From Squalus acanthias (lineage: Eukaryota): DNA of 64,000 nucleotides. The translations under genes were made by a program, and so were the position numbers. Of this stretch, positions 27,051-40,966 are shown piece after piece. Positions within the stretch are counted from its first letter, which is position 1. Every line of letters begins with the position of its first letter. The notes under the pieces are model-generated. The model had not been told where the DNA came from. It ran no database searches and was given only the letters and a program-made list of their open reading frames with translations. The stretch lies in contig CM059432.1 in assembly GCA_030390025.1 (NCBI GenBank), positions 128,466,001-128,530,000 of the forward strand, read 5' to 3'.

Positions 27051-27443
27051 TCCATTGTTAGCCAATGTAATTCTTGGTATACCTTCCAGTTTCCTTGTCC
27101 AAAGCCCTATATTGATGGCTGAAAAGGTCAGGCATTCATTATGGGAAGGGTATTTAATGGTGGAGCTGTTGAATGGGGCCCAGTAAGCCCTTTTTAATCT
27201 GAAACGTTCACACCCAGAATAGTCAAGAGTGGCTAAATAAGTTTAGCTGTACTCAAAAGCTGAAGCTGGAGTCAGATTGGTGAACTGATGATGCCTAAAG
27301 AAAGGTCACTAGTATACAATACTTGTATAATAGTAAAGGGTATTTAGCTTGCTACCATTGACTTTCCTTTTTTTTTAAAGTCACAATCTTTCACCTGGTT
27401 TGGCTTTGTAATTTGTGACTGCCTGTACCTCTGAATTACAACA

Positions 27444-27555
27444 TTTCCTACATTACAACAGTGACTACACTTCAAAAAAAGTACTTAATTGGCTGTAAAG
27501 CGCTTTGGGATGTTCGGTGGTCGTGAAAGGCGCTATATAAATGCAAGTCTTTTTT
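27444..27555 (+). mobile_element. DeuSINE-like 3' tail
   Basis: TTTCCTACATTACAACAGTGACTACACTTC...GGCGCTATATAAATGCAAGTC. Confidence 0.8.
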
Positions 27556-27692
27556 GAATGTGTTGCTGGGCAAGTCTGTCACACTTCCCTCCTTTCATTA
27601 GGTGGTGAATCCCTTCCTCCATTCCTCTGCTTTATATAAAACATTAAAGTGCCTCTCTGTTGTTGCTTTTTGCAGGGTGTGAGAGGGTGGTT

Positions 27693-27822
27693 GTGGGGGG
27701 GTGTTTGCAGGGAGAAGAGGGAATAATGCGGTGGGGGGGGGGGGGTGTTTGCAGGGAGAAGAGGGAATAATGCGGTTGGGGGGGGGTGGGGTGTGCAGGG
27801 AGAAGAGGGAATAATGCGGTGG
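27693..27822 (+). repeat. G-rich minisatellite, three units of about 40 bp
   Basis: Three copies of G(n)TGT(T/G)TGCAGGGAGAAGAGGGAATAATGCGGT with variable G runs. Confidence 0.9.
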
Positions 27823-28328
27823 AGGTGGGGCTGTTCAGGCTGATCCTGAGACCACTCTGTTTCTTGCTGTGTGAATAGAGAAATCTCATTCACCGGAGTA
27901 GCAAGGATACTCCTTCCTTGCAGAAGGATTCCATAATGTGTTCTCATTGTAAAAACAACAGCAGGTAGGTAACAGATTGGAGAAGCAGAGAAAAATGTAC
28001 CTGGCAGCACAGCAATTGGGGGGCGAAAAACAGGCTATTTATTTTAACTGAATGGGGGCTTTCTGCAGTTGCAGAGGTGTTTCTGTAGAACAGTTGCCAA
28101 AATTTAAATTGCCAAGTATCTGAAATGAAAGTTATACTCTGTGTACACAATTTGCATGTGTGACATGCAAGTCTAAAGGTATACAAAAAATTGCTACACA
28201 ATATAAATGATGGCCCAAGATTAATAGTCTAAAAATAACACCGTATCAAATATATAGGAGAGGTTTGTAATAAAGATGAAGTGTATTGGAAAAGGGAATT
28301 AGTACATAAGGTTTATTCAATTGAGTTA

Positions 28329-28580
28329 CAACAACATTTCGCATTTATATTGCATCTTTAACATATAGGAAAAAATCCAAAGGTACTTCACAAAGGCATA
28401 AGGAAAAATGAACGCTGAACTAAAAGATGAGATATTAGCAGGGGTGACGAAAGGCTTGGTCAGAGGTGCATTTTAAGGAGGGCCTTGAAAGAGAAGGAGG
28501 CGGAGGAGTTTGAGGCAGGAATTCCAGAGTGTGGGGCCTAGGTGACTGAAGGCACGACCGCCACTGGTCAATGGTGAGGC
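28329..28580 (-). mobile_element. L2 3' end fragment
   Basis: ORF 28473-28706 contains GGRAFSHLGPTLWNS. (CAA)n tail at the left end. Confidence 0.75.
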
Positions 28581-28685
28581 AAAGGGAAGGGGGATGTAAA
28601 AGAGTAACTGGTTTCCTGTCTCTTGGTCAATGGTGTATTGTGATGGTAACCTTGGGGGGAAAAAAAGGAATTTGAAGTGAGGAAT

Positions 28686-28897
28686 GAAAGAAAGAGAGAC
28701 TTCCATTTATATAGTGCCTTTCACGACCTCAGGACGTCTCAAAGCACTTTACAAGTACTTTTTTGAAGTGTAGTCACTGTTGTAATGTAGGAAACGCGGC
28801 AGCCAATTTGCGCACAGTAAGCTCCCACAAACAGCAATGTGATAATGACCAGATAATCTGTTTCAGTGAAGTTGGTTGAGGGATAAACATTGGCCAG
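28686..28897 (-). mobile_element. DeuSINE-like SINE, 3' half
   Basis: High similarity to 39951-40155. Confidence 0.8.
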
Positions 28898-29914
28898 AAT
28901 GAACACTGAAATAATATGCTACAGTAATTGAAATTAAAGATCATTGAGATTTTTATTACTGGACCAGCAAATAATTATGGTTCAGTATTTAGGAATACAT
29001 TGTGAACACAATTTATTGACTTGCAATTTTTATATTTCCAGACTGGAGTCATCAGATAAAGCAGCAAATCTGATGATGCAAGTGCTTGTGGTTTTTTTTA
29101 AATTAAGTTGTATATGATCCCAAATAAGTTAAAGGCTGGTGCTGCTTCTTTGCATAAAACACCAGAAATAATAGGGAAACTGCATATATAATTAATTATT
29201 ATAAACCCTTCTTCAGCCTTCCGTAAACCATATAAATGCAGCTTATGTGATAACATTAGGTTTTACTGAGAAATAGGGAAGAATTTTTCCAATAAACAAG
29301 AGCACTTGTGATCAGACTGTACAGGTGTTCACTATCTTTGATTGAAAATAATCAATGCCATTTCATTTGAAAGTTTAAAATTACAGAATTGCTAAGCATA
29401 TTTTCTCATTTGAACCTCAAAGCAGAAATGTGATTCTTCCCTCCACTGTCCCTGGGCCAGCAATTCTGGAATAACTTAATTCAGAGGGTTATTTGACTCT
29501 TCTCTTTCTCCCCCCCTCCCCCCTTTTCAATCCAAAAAAGAGCACATTTGGCAATTGATCTTCAATAACCACTTGCAGCATATTAGACTGTTGGTGACTT
29601 CTGAGTTGGACACATCGGAAGAAAAATTGGAACCTGTATTACCAGCAATGTATTCAGCTTAACAAAGCATTGTGCACTGGACCATATTTCATGATCTATT
29701 TACTGGGAAAACTCTCTTGATATGATTAGCAAACATAAAAAATAAACTGAGTTTTTTTTATTCTTGGTCTTTTTTTTTAAGTACTTGAGAAACTAAAAGC
29801 TGTACTTGACTTCTGAAATTTGAAATAACAAAATTAAAAATTAAGAAGCAAATGTTGCTGTTAATGTTTTAAGAAACCTGTTGTCAGTGTCACCCAATAT
29901 AATTAATAGTAATC

Positions 29915-30150
29915 ATGGGAGCATCTTCCCCTCCGAGTCATACACAACCTGACTTGGACAACAACATCATTCAATCATGGTCACTGGGTCAAAATAGTGG
30001 AATTCCCTACATGACACCATTGTGGGAGCACCATCACTTCAAGGACAGCAGTGGTTCAAGAAGGTGGCCCACCACCATCTCTCGGCAACTAGAGGGGAAA
30101 TAAATGTGACTTTTCTAGTGTCACCCACATTCATGAACAAATAGTAAAAA
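29915..30150 (+). mobile_element. Degraded 3' end of the CR1-group LINE family of copies 1 and 2
   Basis: GGTTCAAGAAGGTGGCCCACCACCATCT...CACCCACATTCATGAAC resembles 1585-1685. Confidence 0.65.
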
Positions 30151-30289
30151 ACGCATTGAGATTCAAGATGTCATTACAAAATGCTTTGAGGGTACAACAT
30201 TTAGATTACTTAGATCTGAAGTTTAATTAGTGAGACCACTTGTGTGAGTGAGGAGATCTGTTAAACTGCCAAAGATCTTGGATGCCAAA

Positions 30290-30622
30290 CACCAGAAAAC
30301 GTGAAATAAAAACAGAAAATGCTGTAAATACTCCGGTCAGGCAGCATCTGTGGAGAAGAGAGAAACAGAGTTAACGTTTCGGGTCGATGACCTTTCATTA
30401 GAACTGGAAAAAGTTAGAGATATAACCGGTTTTAAGCAAGTGCTGTTTTACCTGGAAGGAGTGTTTGGGGCCCTGGATGGTGGGAAGGGGGGAGGTAAAA
30501 GGGCAGGTGTTGCATCTCCTGCACTTGCACGGGAAGGTGCCATGGGAAGGGATGGGGTGTTGGGGGTGATTGAGGAGTGGACCAGGGTGTCGCGGAGGGA
30601 ATGGTCCCTTCGGAAAACTTGA
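30290..30622 (-). mobile_element. Penelope-like fragment: pseudo-LTR joined to the Cys-rich RT/GIY-YIG linker
   Basis: ORF 30398-30697 encodes GTFPCKCRRCNTCPF...IQGPKHSFQVKQ. The pseudo-LTR sequence matches 47555-47670. Confidence 0.8.
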
Positions 30623-31866
30623 CATGCATTCTGGCCATTTGCTCATCTCTTCCCCCTTTCCTCTCTGTAATTTGAGGCTGAAGAGAAGTATGCACATATC
30701 TCCCTTTCATCCCAAGCTACATAGCCAGGGAATGTGAAAACACACTCTCCTTTCCTTCCCCCCCCCCCCCCCAAAAGCAGGAAAAGTAGACACACCTATT
30801 CTTGCCTCCCTTCCCAAACTAAATAGCAAAGAATGGTAGCTAAGCACCCCCCCCCCCCACCCCACAAGGAAGTGTGTGTGTGTTCATTGCCTTGCACAAA
30901 TTAAAAGCAAGTACCCAGAGAAAGATGAATAGGAATCACATCCACCTGTACATTTCTGAAGTTGTAAGGAAAATGCCATGTGAAGGAGTGGCTTACTGTT
31001 AGCATTTGACATCTGCCGTGTGTGACTGGATAGTGTTGCAAATGTGCAGGGGGAATGCGAATAGCTAAATCTTGCAAAAACAAATGAATGCGTTTAAATG
31101 TCAGTAGATTCAGATGTCCCTGATTCAGTTTGGACTAATTCAATTCCTCCTTGGGTTTGTTGGTCTTCCCTATGCTTTGGCACCAATTTACTGTGAAATT
31201 TTGTCAAAAGGCCAGGTGGTCGGTGGATTTGAGTGTTATGAATTACACTTCAAAATGGAGAAAGCGACAATTTTGTATTAATTTAAATAGTTTGTGCTAC
31301 ATCAAATTGTAACACTGCCAACGTTGCAGTTTCTTGTTTTGTGAGAGTATCGCAGAACCATAGACGTTTACAGCGCAGAAGGAGACCATTCGGCTCATCA
31401 TGTCTGTGCTGGCTCTTCACCAGAACAAACCAAAACTAATCCCACTGCCACCCTCTCGCCATAGCCCTGTATCATCATCTGCTTCAATAGTTATCTAATT
31501 TTCCCATAAAAGATGTAATGGTCTCCGCCCCAACCACTCCCTGTGGCAAAGCATTCTATGCTCCAACAATCCTCTGTCTAAAGAATTTTTTCCTAACCCC
31601 CCTCCTTACTCTTAATGTCAACTTTAAATTGTTAACCTCTTGTCGCTGACTACCAAACCAGAGGAAATAGTAGTTCCAGATCCTCAAGTACACCTGTGTT
31701 CTCGCTTCCACCGCCATTTGCAAAAAATACAAAATAGTTATTGAATATCACCACCATACCTTCTTCCTCAAGAAATAGAAATCTTCCTTTTTTTCCTCAT
31801 GGCCCTACCCTCTCTTTACCTATTTTATAGAGGCTTATAAAAACCCTTAATATTTCCTTTAATAAT

Positions 31867-32522
31867 GGCCCTGAATTTGCGCTAAATCCTGAACTTACGA
31901 TCTATCAAGTTCTGAATAGACAGATGATCCGCTGCAACTTTTAAGTCCTCATTGAAATGATGTGCTGACGAAAAGTTGGGCTAATTGTTCACCTACTGAG
32001 CATCAATTATGCTGAAATTTTTTACGGCTGGTGCAAATCGGCATAGGGTGGGGGGAAGGTGAGAAAATGGTATAATAATTAAAAACAAACAAGTAAAAGA
32101 ACCTACTAGGCAGCTGTAAAGGCTCGGTTTGAGGGATGAGATCGTTTTAATCTTTTTTTTTTAATCTTGCAGAGTCTTCCAGTAAATAACTGTACTTATT
32201 CCAAAGTATTCTCCGTGCTTTTTAAAGCCAAGTACTGTACTTATCAAATAAATATAATTAGTATCATACCGTTTAATTTACAAGTTCTTTGATGTCGAGT
32301 TGAAATGTTTCCTGATTGGCTAGTGAAAGGAGCACTGCCCCACGTGATCCCAGGTACGTTTGCGCACAGTGGTGCACCCCTGAGATCCGTGGGCCACTAC
32401 GCTGCGTGCAACTTCGCAGCGTTTGAAAGCAACTTCTCGAATGGGGGTCGCAGCAGTGCCGATTCGGTTCGGAGGTTGGTGGCGTACTCCTTAGCTATGC
32501 CGCCGACCACAAATTCAGGGCC
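31867..32522. mobile_element. Harbinger-like MITE nested in old minus-strand CR1 remnants (about 31360-33180)
   Basis: Perfect 13-bp TIR GGCCCTGAATTTG / CAAATTCAGGGCC. Confidence 0.8.
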
Positions 32523-33989
32523 ATTATCTGCTACTCTGTTTTCATATTTTTTTTTAGTCTTTCCAACCTCACTTTTCACTTCCCTATTCACATGATTGTC
32601 TTTAGCATTATCAGCCCTAACTTTATCATATACCTCCCTTATTAAAATTTTGTTTAGTTCTAATCTCTCAATTTATCCATGGATCTCCATACTTTGATGC
32701 ACTCAATATTCGCCTTATAGGAATATATTTATTTGGTAATCTGTGTCCCACTTGTTTGCTAACTTCTTAGCCAGTTAATTTGGGCCAGACCAGATCCCCT
32801 TTTTATCTTGCTGAACTTTGCCTTATTCCAGTCTAGCACCCTGATATTTGACTCTTCATTATCTTTTTCTGTTCTTATATTGAACCCTACTTTTGCAGCC
32901 AGTTATTTGTTCTATTTCTACATTATCCCTGTTTCCTTAACTGTCTTAACGCTGCCTCTTGGGTGACCATATTCCAGAGAATACGATCCAGAAATTCCTG
33001 CTCCTGCAGAGTGTGGGCAATTGCTGCAGAGCATACAGATCCTCTAGTTCCCAGACTCAAATTTATGACACTTGGTGTAAATGTGGATAAACTGAAGATC
33101 ACTGATGGTCCACATATCTCTTACTGCACACATCACGAGAGTTCCCTGCACTGCCACCCCTTTGTGCCTAGCTTAACTTACACAATATCCTAACTACCAC
33201 AGCAGGGGCGGGAGCTACCAATCAGAGAACAGCTAATCGCACCTCTTTTGTAACCAAATAATTATGTATTACTGCCTTAAACTAGCTGACAGATGAAGTA
33301 TCAAATAAACAACATTAAAGAGCTCCTAGGCTCTCCATTTTCCACGGGCAAACCTCTAGCGATGTGTCCAATGATACTCTGCCTTCAAGCAGCTCCAGGA
33401 CTCGCTTGCCCTCCACACCTATCTCCGAACCTGGACATTAGTTTGTGGGTGCTCCAAGCTGACTCCACCCTATCTGCAAGTCAGCTTTATCCCACCATTG
33501 GATCTCTGACTTTAATTTTGGACTCTCTTTCTCTTTTTGTCCTTTTCCTATTTTCCATTTACAACCAAGATTAATCTTTGCCATTCCTATTATCTGAATT
33601 TCCCTCTTTGTCCATTTGCATGCACATTTTGGCTGTCTCTCCAGACATGAGCCCATTACTACTATCTCCCTTTTTCTTTATCTTCTGTTTACCGCTCTTG
33701 GGCTCTTCTCTTCTGTCTCCTTCCCCTCTTGTTACCAAGTCATATCATTTCATGTCTTCCCCTCTCAAGTATTTTGCCCCCGAAATCCCTCCCCCAACCC
33801 ATCACTATTTCTCTAACTTCATAGTCTCCTGCCGTCGTTCCAGGCTTGACACCCCCTTGAATAAGCCCAGCTTCCCTCTGTCCCTCTCTCTGCATTCTCT
33901 GAAGGGCCCATCAAGGCATTTGCCGCTGCCTTCTTATGAGCAGTAATCCCAACTGCCCCATACTCCTCTCGCCGACCATTCTACCCAAC

Positions 33990-34470
33990 TCGCACATAGG
34001 GGGCTAATTTTGCCAATCTCCATGCCGTCCCGATCACCCCTACTACCACTGACCACGTAGACTCTGCCAGCGGATCAACAATCACCGTCCCTTTTGGCAT
34101 CTCCCTCCAGAATATCTGTTCATTTGCGAACAAGGCCCTTGCCATCCATTACCTTATTGTCGATAATTGTATTGATGTCACGGCCTTAATGGAAACTTAG
34201 CTTATGGATGACGACACCTTTCCCTGTACTAAAGCCTCCAGCCCGGCAATACCTGCCATCACTTGCCCCGCCCAAACTGCCGTGGTGGAGGTGTGTCCCT
34301 TATCATCAAATATCACCTTGGTTTGTACCGCTACTCCTCTTGCACCATCTCCTCCTTTTGAGCACCTCACCATATTACACCACTCTGGCCTCTCTAAAAT
34401 TTTAAAGGAGAGGCCAGAGTCAATCCCAAATCCCACCCCAAGTTTTTCACCACTATCCTCAGTCTCCTTC
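33990..34470 (+). mobile_element. Degraded LINE (probably L2) endonuclease 5' fragment
   Basis: C/T-rich sequence with decayed start of an APE-like domain (LQN..S..NK, ..ETW/L, GGGV). Confidence 0.45.
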
Positions 34471-35199
34471 AGTCCTTTCCTCCTTCAGTCTCTACACTTA
34501 TATTGCAGATTGTTACCAAGAGGAGTCCTGACTTGGCTGGAATATAAGGTTCTCAAAGACGATTAGCTTTAATAGCCATCCAAAAAAGTATTGTAATCAG
34601 AATTTTTTAATGATTTTTTTTTTTTAGTTGGTAAGAAAGCCATGCAAGTAGTTTAATGTCAGAGATTCTGACATTTCAGACCAGAGTATTTTTTTTCCTG
34701 TAAGTCTACTGTATATCCTTGAGGAAATAAAAGGAAAAAGCTGTGGTAAAGTTTTGCCCCCATATGCAAAATCTAATATCTGTGGTTCGAAAAATAGGCT
34801 GATCTGTTCGACGTAGGTTGTTTATATGAATGTATGCATCGGCATCTTTCTCCTTCATTTAGTGACCATATATTAAAAAAAATCAATAATTTTTTGTATG
34901 CCTATTCATGTGTGCTCGTGATATGGCAGAAAAATCCACCAAGAGAAAAGACAAATGATAACTAAAAAAAAATCCTCCTAATTGTAGTAAGTATTGCTTT
35001 TAACAATAGAAGCATGCTTTATGAAGTGCAGTAGACACCACTTGACTGGATGGTTTGGTAATCTTGTAATGGTATTCCACTCATCTGTAATGTAACTATT
35101 ATTTTGTTTTTCTTAACACTTGAATTTCAAGACTAGAACAGGTTCCTGAAAAGTCCTTTTTATATGTTCCACTGAAGTACCTCTTCTATTGGTGCCAAT

Positions 35200-35525
35200 T
35201 TTCCTTTCTCCTCTCCTGAAGTCATTGAATACTTGTTGGTTATGGTTTCACAGATGTCAGGCAGCTTTCAGTATCGTAATCAAATGACCCTTCTTTAAGT
35301 ATGATTCTAGACAATGGACGTTGGCTATTTGTCTGTGGCACTATCGCAGCTGATCCTTGTCCCCGCATGACATCCACAGGGAGGCTATTGATCAGGAGTA
35401 GAAGCCATAGCCAATTTTCCTTTCCCTAACCTGAGGCACTAGTAACAGCCATATTGTGGCTGTAGCTGAGATCAGCTAACCTAGCAAAGTCAGATTGGAA
35501 CCTGGTCTATGTGGCTTAGCTGTTC
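35200..35525 (-). mobile_element. Ancient SINE-like repeat; related copies at about 23945-24060 (-), 46845-47215 (+) and 50765-50990 (+)
   Basis: Shared 3' motif ...CCCAGCATGAATCA..CCTTCAGGAGAGGAG and a degraded tRNA-like head. Family not identified. Confidence 0.45.
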
Positions 35526-37124
35526 ACTACATTTTAAAGTACGTTATTTAAAGCAGCAGTTAGAGTTGTAAGTCATTTTATGAAAGGTAACATTATGTTG
35601 CTGTTTAAGATGCATTTGTTGTAAACCGGATAATGCAGTTTAAATTTTACTATTTAAATATTTATTTTCAAATTTGCAGTTATAAAAGTAAGTATTTTTG
35701 TGCTATAACTGGTGCATCTGCATTTGAACCTTGTTGCATAAGTAAAATACTGAAAAATAGTATCGCAATTTTAAAAAAAAATGCAGTGGAGTCTTGATTT
35801 TTCGAACTTTGATGTATCAAATGGCTTTGATGTCCCAGTCTTGAGGGAGTAAATTTATGGAAATTAACTGACTTATTGATGTATCAAAGCTTTTGTGCCA
35901 AGCAGAGACAGCACAAGTGCAAAGCATTGGGGAGAATGGGACTCTAAAGTTAGCAGTAGAGCAGACATATTAAAATCAGCTCCCCGCAGTAACTACAGAA
36001 AGGGTGGCTCCCCAGAGTCTGGGAAATTCATAAATATATTTTAATGTACCTGCGCAGCTGCTGATAACTTCTCTTCCAGAGTGGATTTTTTTATTAGCAA
36101 GAGTGCTCTTATTAAAATTAACTGAAAATTTCTGGAGCCCCAGGACTCTTTTTCCAGAGCAGGATTCTCCCGTTAGCAACAGTGTATCTGTAAAATCAAC
36201 TGTTTGAAATTTCATGAGGTGTGGGATTCCTCTTCCAGAGTGGGATTGCTCTGTTAGCAGTAGTGTTGGTGCAATAAAATCAGTTGATTTTGAATTTCCA
36301 GGGCTCTAGGCAGCTGCAGTACCAGTCACTGTAGCTTCCAACGTGGAAATTAGACTCGGCCGGTTTTAATGCACACACAAGAGTTCTGCTCTGGAAGAGC
36401 ACTCTCAGAAATTTCATGCAGCTGATTTTAAAGTGAAGAACTCCTCTTCAAGTTCACCTGTTTCCAGTGTCTCTTTTTGGGACGTGACCTTGAGCAACCT
36501 GCAGTCCAGTCAATCTTAGCTGGGCTCTCTGCTTCCTCCCCAGTCCAAAGCTTGGAGTCTGGCTCCGGTAGAGAATCCTACCTTCCACTTGATCCTACCT
36601 CTATGGCACATTAAAGGTAAGAAATAGGATCAATGCTACAATGACTTTAGTGTATTAAAATTGGGTTGTTTTATACAAATACTGCACTATTGTATTGTAT
36701 ACTAAAGTTGGATTGGGTTCTGTATTTTACAGAAATGAGGGCCATTTTCAGAGAACTCCACCAAATTGAAATCTTTAATTATTGTTGTTAAAAACTATGT
36801 TGAAGTTTTTGGCTGGTCCGTTCAACTTTGATATCTGGAGACTTCACTGTACTCTAGATCCCATATATTTTTGTGATCTTAAGTTTTACTTTGCTCATGT
36901 TTCCACAATAAATACATACAGGCACACAAAAGAAGATAAAAATGCATTGGGCTTGAAATGTGGTTACAAACTACTCGATAAACGTTAATGCTGCTGAGAA
37001 CGTTTAACTAGAAGCTCAGGAATGCCACCAACAGACAATACAGCTGTTTTGAAAGTGCCAATTGAAATTTAGGAAATGTAATTGTGATTTATTTTTAAAT
37101 AGGAAATTTCCGATAGAGATGCAC

Positions 37125-37800
37125 CCCAGTGCTTTGTTAGCGTTTTTATGGCTTTGTTAATCTGCGCTGCTACTATTAATGATTTATGAATTTCTATCCC
37201 GAGATCTCTCTGCTCTTCTACCCCACTTAGACTCTTTATTTTCCAGGGAGTATGTGGCCTCCTTATTCTTCCTACTGAAATGTACCACCTCACACTTATC
37301 TAAATTGAAATTCATTTGCCATTTACACATCCATTCTATAAGTTTATTTACGTCTTCTTGTATTTTGTCGTGGTCTTCCTCAGTATTAACTATACCCCCC
37401 AATTTGGTGTCATCCACAAATTTTGAAATTGTACTTCTGATTCCTGAGTCCAAATTGTTTATGTAAATGGTGAACAACAGCGGTCCAGCACCGATCCCTC
37501 TGGAACATCACTTCCCACCTTCTGCCAGTCTAAGTAAATACCTTTAACCCCCTACTCTCTCTGTTTTGTAGTCAGTTTGCTGTCCATGCTGCTCCTTGTC
37601 CCCAGACTCTACATGCTCTGACCTTCGTCATGAGTCTACTATGCAGTACTTTATCAAAGGCCTGTTGAAAATCCAAGTATACTACATCTACTACATTATC
37701 CTTATCTACTCTTACTATTACTTCTTCAAAGAATTCAAAAAGGTTGTCGGGCATGATCTTCTGTTTTGAAATCCGTGCTGACTATTCTTTATTATATTTT
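37125..37800 (-). mobile_element. CR1 RT fragment
   Basis: YINNLDSG...SKFVDDTKLGG (37184-37477) and VDVVYLDFQQAFDKV (37572-37754). Confidence 0.88.
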
Positions 37801-37994
37801 CGGTTTCTAGATTTTTTAAAAAAAAATTACATCCCCATGTTAAAGTCCAGGACTCCTTTCTCTTTTCTCGTTCCCTCCCCATCTCTGGGCTGCTATGGAA
37901 TCTCCCTCTGTGAATCCTGTTCTTTTTCTTTTTAAATAAAGAGTTTAGAATTGCGTACTAAAGTAAAGGAACCAGCACATTACTAGTGCAGTAA

Positions 37995-39170
37995 ATGTAT
38001 ATATGGACTTTTGGAAGCCATTTGACAAAGTGCCACACAGGAGGCTTATTAAGAAAATGGAAGCCCATGGAATTAAGGAGAAAGTGGTGATATGGAGACA
38101 AAATTTGGCTCAGTGGCAGGAAGCAAAGGGTGGTGGTGGATGGATGTTTTTCAGACTGGGAAATGGTTTACAGTGGTGTTCCCCAAGGATCAGTTTTGGG
38201 TCCATTACTCTGCAGTTTTTATAAACGCCCTAGACTCGGGTGTAGGGAGCAGCATTATAAAGTTTACAGATGATACGAAACTTGGCAAAGTAGTAGATCA
38301 TAAGGATAGTTACAGGCTTCAGGATGGTGAAATGGGCAGAAGCATGGCAAATCGAGTTCAATGTGGAGACGTGTGAAGCGATGCACTTTGGGAGCACTAA
38401 TATGGAAAGACAGTATACTCTAAATGGCATGTTTTTGAAAAGTGTAGATGAGCAGAGAGACCTTGGTGACCATATACAGAAAGGCTTAAAGGTTGCAGAG
38501 CAAGCTGATAAGGTGGTCAAAAAGGCATATGGGTTACTTGGTTTTATAAATAGAGGGATAGACTATAAAAGCAAAGAGATCATGCTAGAACTTTATAAAT
38601 CAGTGGTTAGGCCTCAGCTGGAGTATTGTGGACAATTCTGGGCACCACACTTCAGGAAAGATGTAAAGGCCTTAGAAAGGGTACAGAGGAGTTTTACCAG
38701 GATGTTACCAGGGATGAGGGACTTCAGTTATGAAGGAGAGGTTGGATAAGTTAGGGCAGTTCTCCTTGTAACAGAGGAGGTTAACAGGTGACCTAATAGA
38801 AGTTTTCAAGATGATGAGAGGTTTTGAGAGAGTAAATAGGGAAAACCATTCCCTCTGGCGAGTGGGTCAATAACTGGAGGTCATAGATTTAAAATCATTG
38901 GAAAAAGATCTAGAGGGGAGATGAGGAGAAATATTTTCACTCAGAGTTGTCGGGATCTGGAACGCTCTACCTGAAATGGTGGTGGAAGCGTACTCCATAA
39001 ATAATTTTAAAACAGAGTTGGATAGGTGCTTGAGGATGAGCAACTTACAGGGTTATGGACAAAAAGCGAGGGAGTGGGACTAAGCACAACTGTGCTTTCA
39101 AAGAGCCACGACGGGCCGAATGGCCGCCTCCTGTGCTGTAAGTTTCTATGAATCTATTCTATGAATCCTC
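37995..39170 (+). mobile_element. 5'-truncated CR1 (RT and 3' UTR)
   Basis: [43 protein letters not shown]. (TCTATGAA)-type tail at 39145-39167. Confidence 0.9.
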
Positions 39171-39950
39171 TGACAACCTTTTCCCTTACTATTCTTTTGT
39201 TCATCCTTTCTCCCTCCTGCTTGCACCTCATCACAACAATCTCTCTCACCTCACCACCAAACTGTCTGCAACCCCTAACTTTCCTTCTTTGTTCCATACA
39301 ACGAGAGCTCGTGCAACTCCAAGCACTACTGCGGGCTGCTCCCGAGATCTACCTGAGGGCTGCTGCCAGCATCACTGCCGACCCAAATTGGTCCAGAGGA
39401 AACTGACGAGATGCCTCAGGAGGGAGGTCCAACAGCTGTCCAGAGCTCACCGGAATTACTCCGAGGTGGCCCAATTTCAGATGAGCCTCCGGCATCTGGT
39501 GCACATGATGAGTGCACCGATCATTTCAGGCTCAAACGGGCCCAAAGGAATTCCTCTCGCGCACTTACTTTCATCAATGGCATGTGCTGGCACTTCAGTG
39601 CCTTACACTGTGCACGCAATATACCCTGAACATAACACGCAATGAAGAAGTGTTTTGAAGAGTTTTAACTAACCATTAAATAGAAGAGAAAAAAGAGATG
39701 GGATTTTATGTCATTTTAATCAATTATTTTGAACGTGAATTTAAATCCAGGAAACGCGATCGCCATTATCTTGACTGGGGCTTGGGGGAAGAGATATGAT
39801 CAACTTTCCATGGTTTTGACGAGAGTATTGGTGGAGTAGCTCAAAAGTCCCAGGAAATTATGACACGACGTGAGGAATGGCATAACTCAACTTATGCCAT
39901 AATTTCTTGGGACTTTTGCACTGGAAAGCAAACCCAACATTACAATGGTA

Positions 39951-40407
39951 AAAGAAAAAAAGACTTGCATTTATACAGCGCCTTTCATGACCACCGGACG
40001 TCCCAAAGCGCTTTACAGCCAATGACATACTTTTTGATGTGTAGTCACTGTTGTAATGTAGGAAAATGCGGTAGCCAATTTGCACACAGCAAGCCCCCAC
40101 AAACAGCAATGTGATAATGACCAGATAATCTGTTTTAGTGATAAATATTGGCCAGGACACTGGGGGAAAACTCCCCTGCTCCTCTTCGAAATAGTGCCAT
40201 AGGATTTTTTACGTTCACCTGAGAGAGCAGCGGGGGCCTCGGTTTAACGTCTCATTCGAAAGACGGCACCTCTGACTCTGCAGCACTCCCTCAGTACTGC
40301 ATTGGAGTGCCAACCTAGATTTTTGTGCTCAAGTCTCTGAAGTGGGACATGAACCCACAACCTTCTGACTCTGAGGCGAGGGTGCTACCCACTGAGCCAC
40401 AGCTGAC
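39951..40407 (-). mobile_element. Full-length tRNA-derived DeuSINE-like SINE (SacSINE1-like)
   Basis: Head GTCAGCTGTGGCTCAGTGGGTAGC...GGGTTCATGTCCC with pol III A and B boxes. Same body and tail as the other copies. Confidence 0.85.
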
Positions 40408-40416
40408 AATGGTGCA

Positions 40417-40561
40417 CAGAAGCAAAATACTGCGGATGCTGCAAATCTGAAATAAAAACAGAAAATGCAGGTGAGGCAGCATCTATGGAGAGAGTTACCG
40501 TTTCAGCTCGATGATGAAATGTCTGACCTGTTGAATGTTTCCAGCATTTTCTGTTTTTATT
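40417..40561. mobile_element. Short, deleted Penelope-like inverted pseudo-LTR insertion
   Basis: AATAAAAACAGAAAATGC and GCATTTTCTGTTTTTATT are inverted. TSD ACAATGGTGCA (40406-40416, 40562-40572). Confidence 0.75.
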
Positions 40562-40966
40562 ACAATGGTGCAAGTCTCAAGGAAATCTGGGCCAGTGTTT
40601 CTTTTGTGTTCAGTAAACAACCACTAGATGTCACTTTGGTATAGGGTAGGTAAGGCAAATCTTTTAGTTTTCAGTGTGGTACACTAATTCCAATCATATT
40701 TACAGATCTAAATATTCACTTTGGTCTGTTTATGATGAGCTACGTACAAGTTGTGCTAATTGCACAAGTTTGTTTTGCAATATGCTGCTTGTTTTTCAAA
40801 CACCACGTGCATGTAAAAAGAACACATTTTTCTGGTATTGGTTCTACTTAACATCATTAAAGTACATTTAATAGAGGATCATAGGTTTCACACAAATGGT
40901 TTCAGGTAGCAGTAGCTGCTGAATGATACATTTGATCATCAAATTAATAGAGGCTTTAAAGATCTA

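Noticed and set aside
27693..27822. CRISPR-like array
   Set aside because: The units are separated only by G runs, with no unique spacers and no cas genes, in a eukaryotic context.
35990..36440. Recurrent CTCTTCCAGAG motifs in both orientations
   Set aside because: Probably a decayed non-autonomous transposon, but I could not define termini or a TSD.
39148..39645. 165-aa GC-richer ORF
   Set aside because: No recognisable domain. It starts in a CR1 tail and probably overlaps an unidentified repeat remnant.
40330..40407. tRNA gene
   Set aside because: The A and B boxes belong to a SINE head continuous with the SINE body. No complete cloverleaf.
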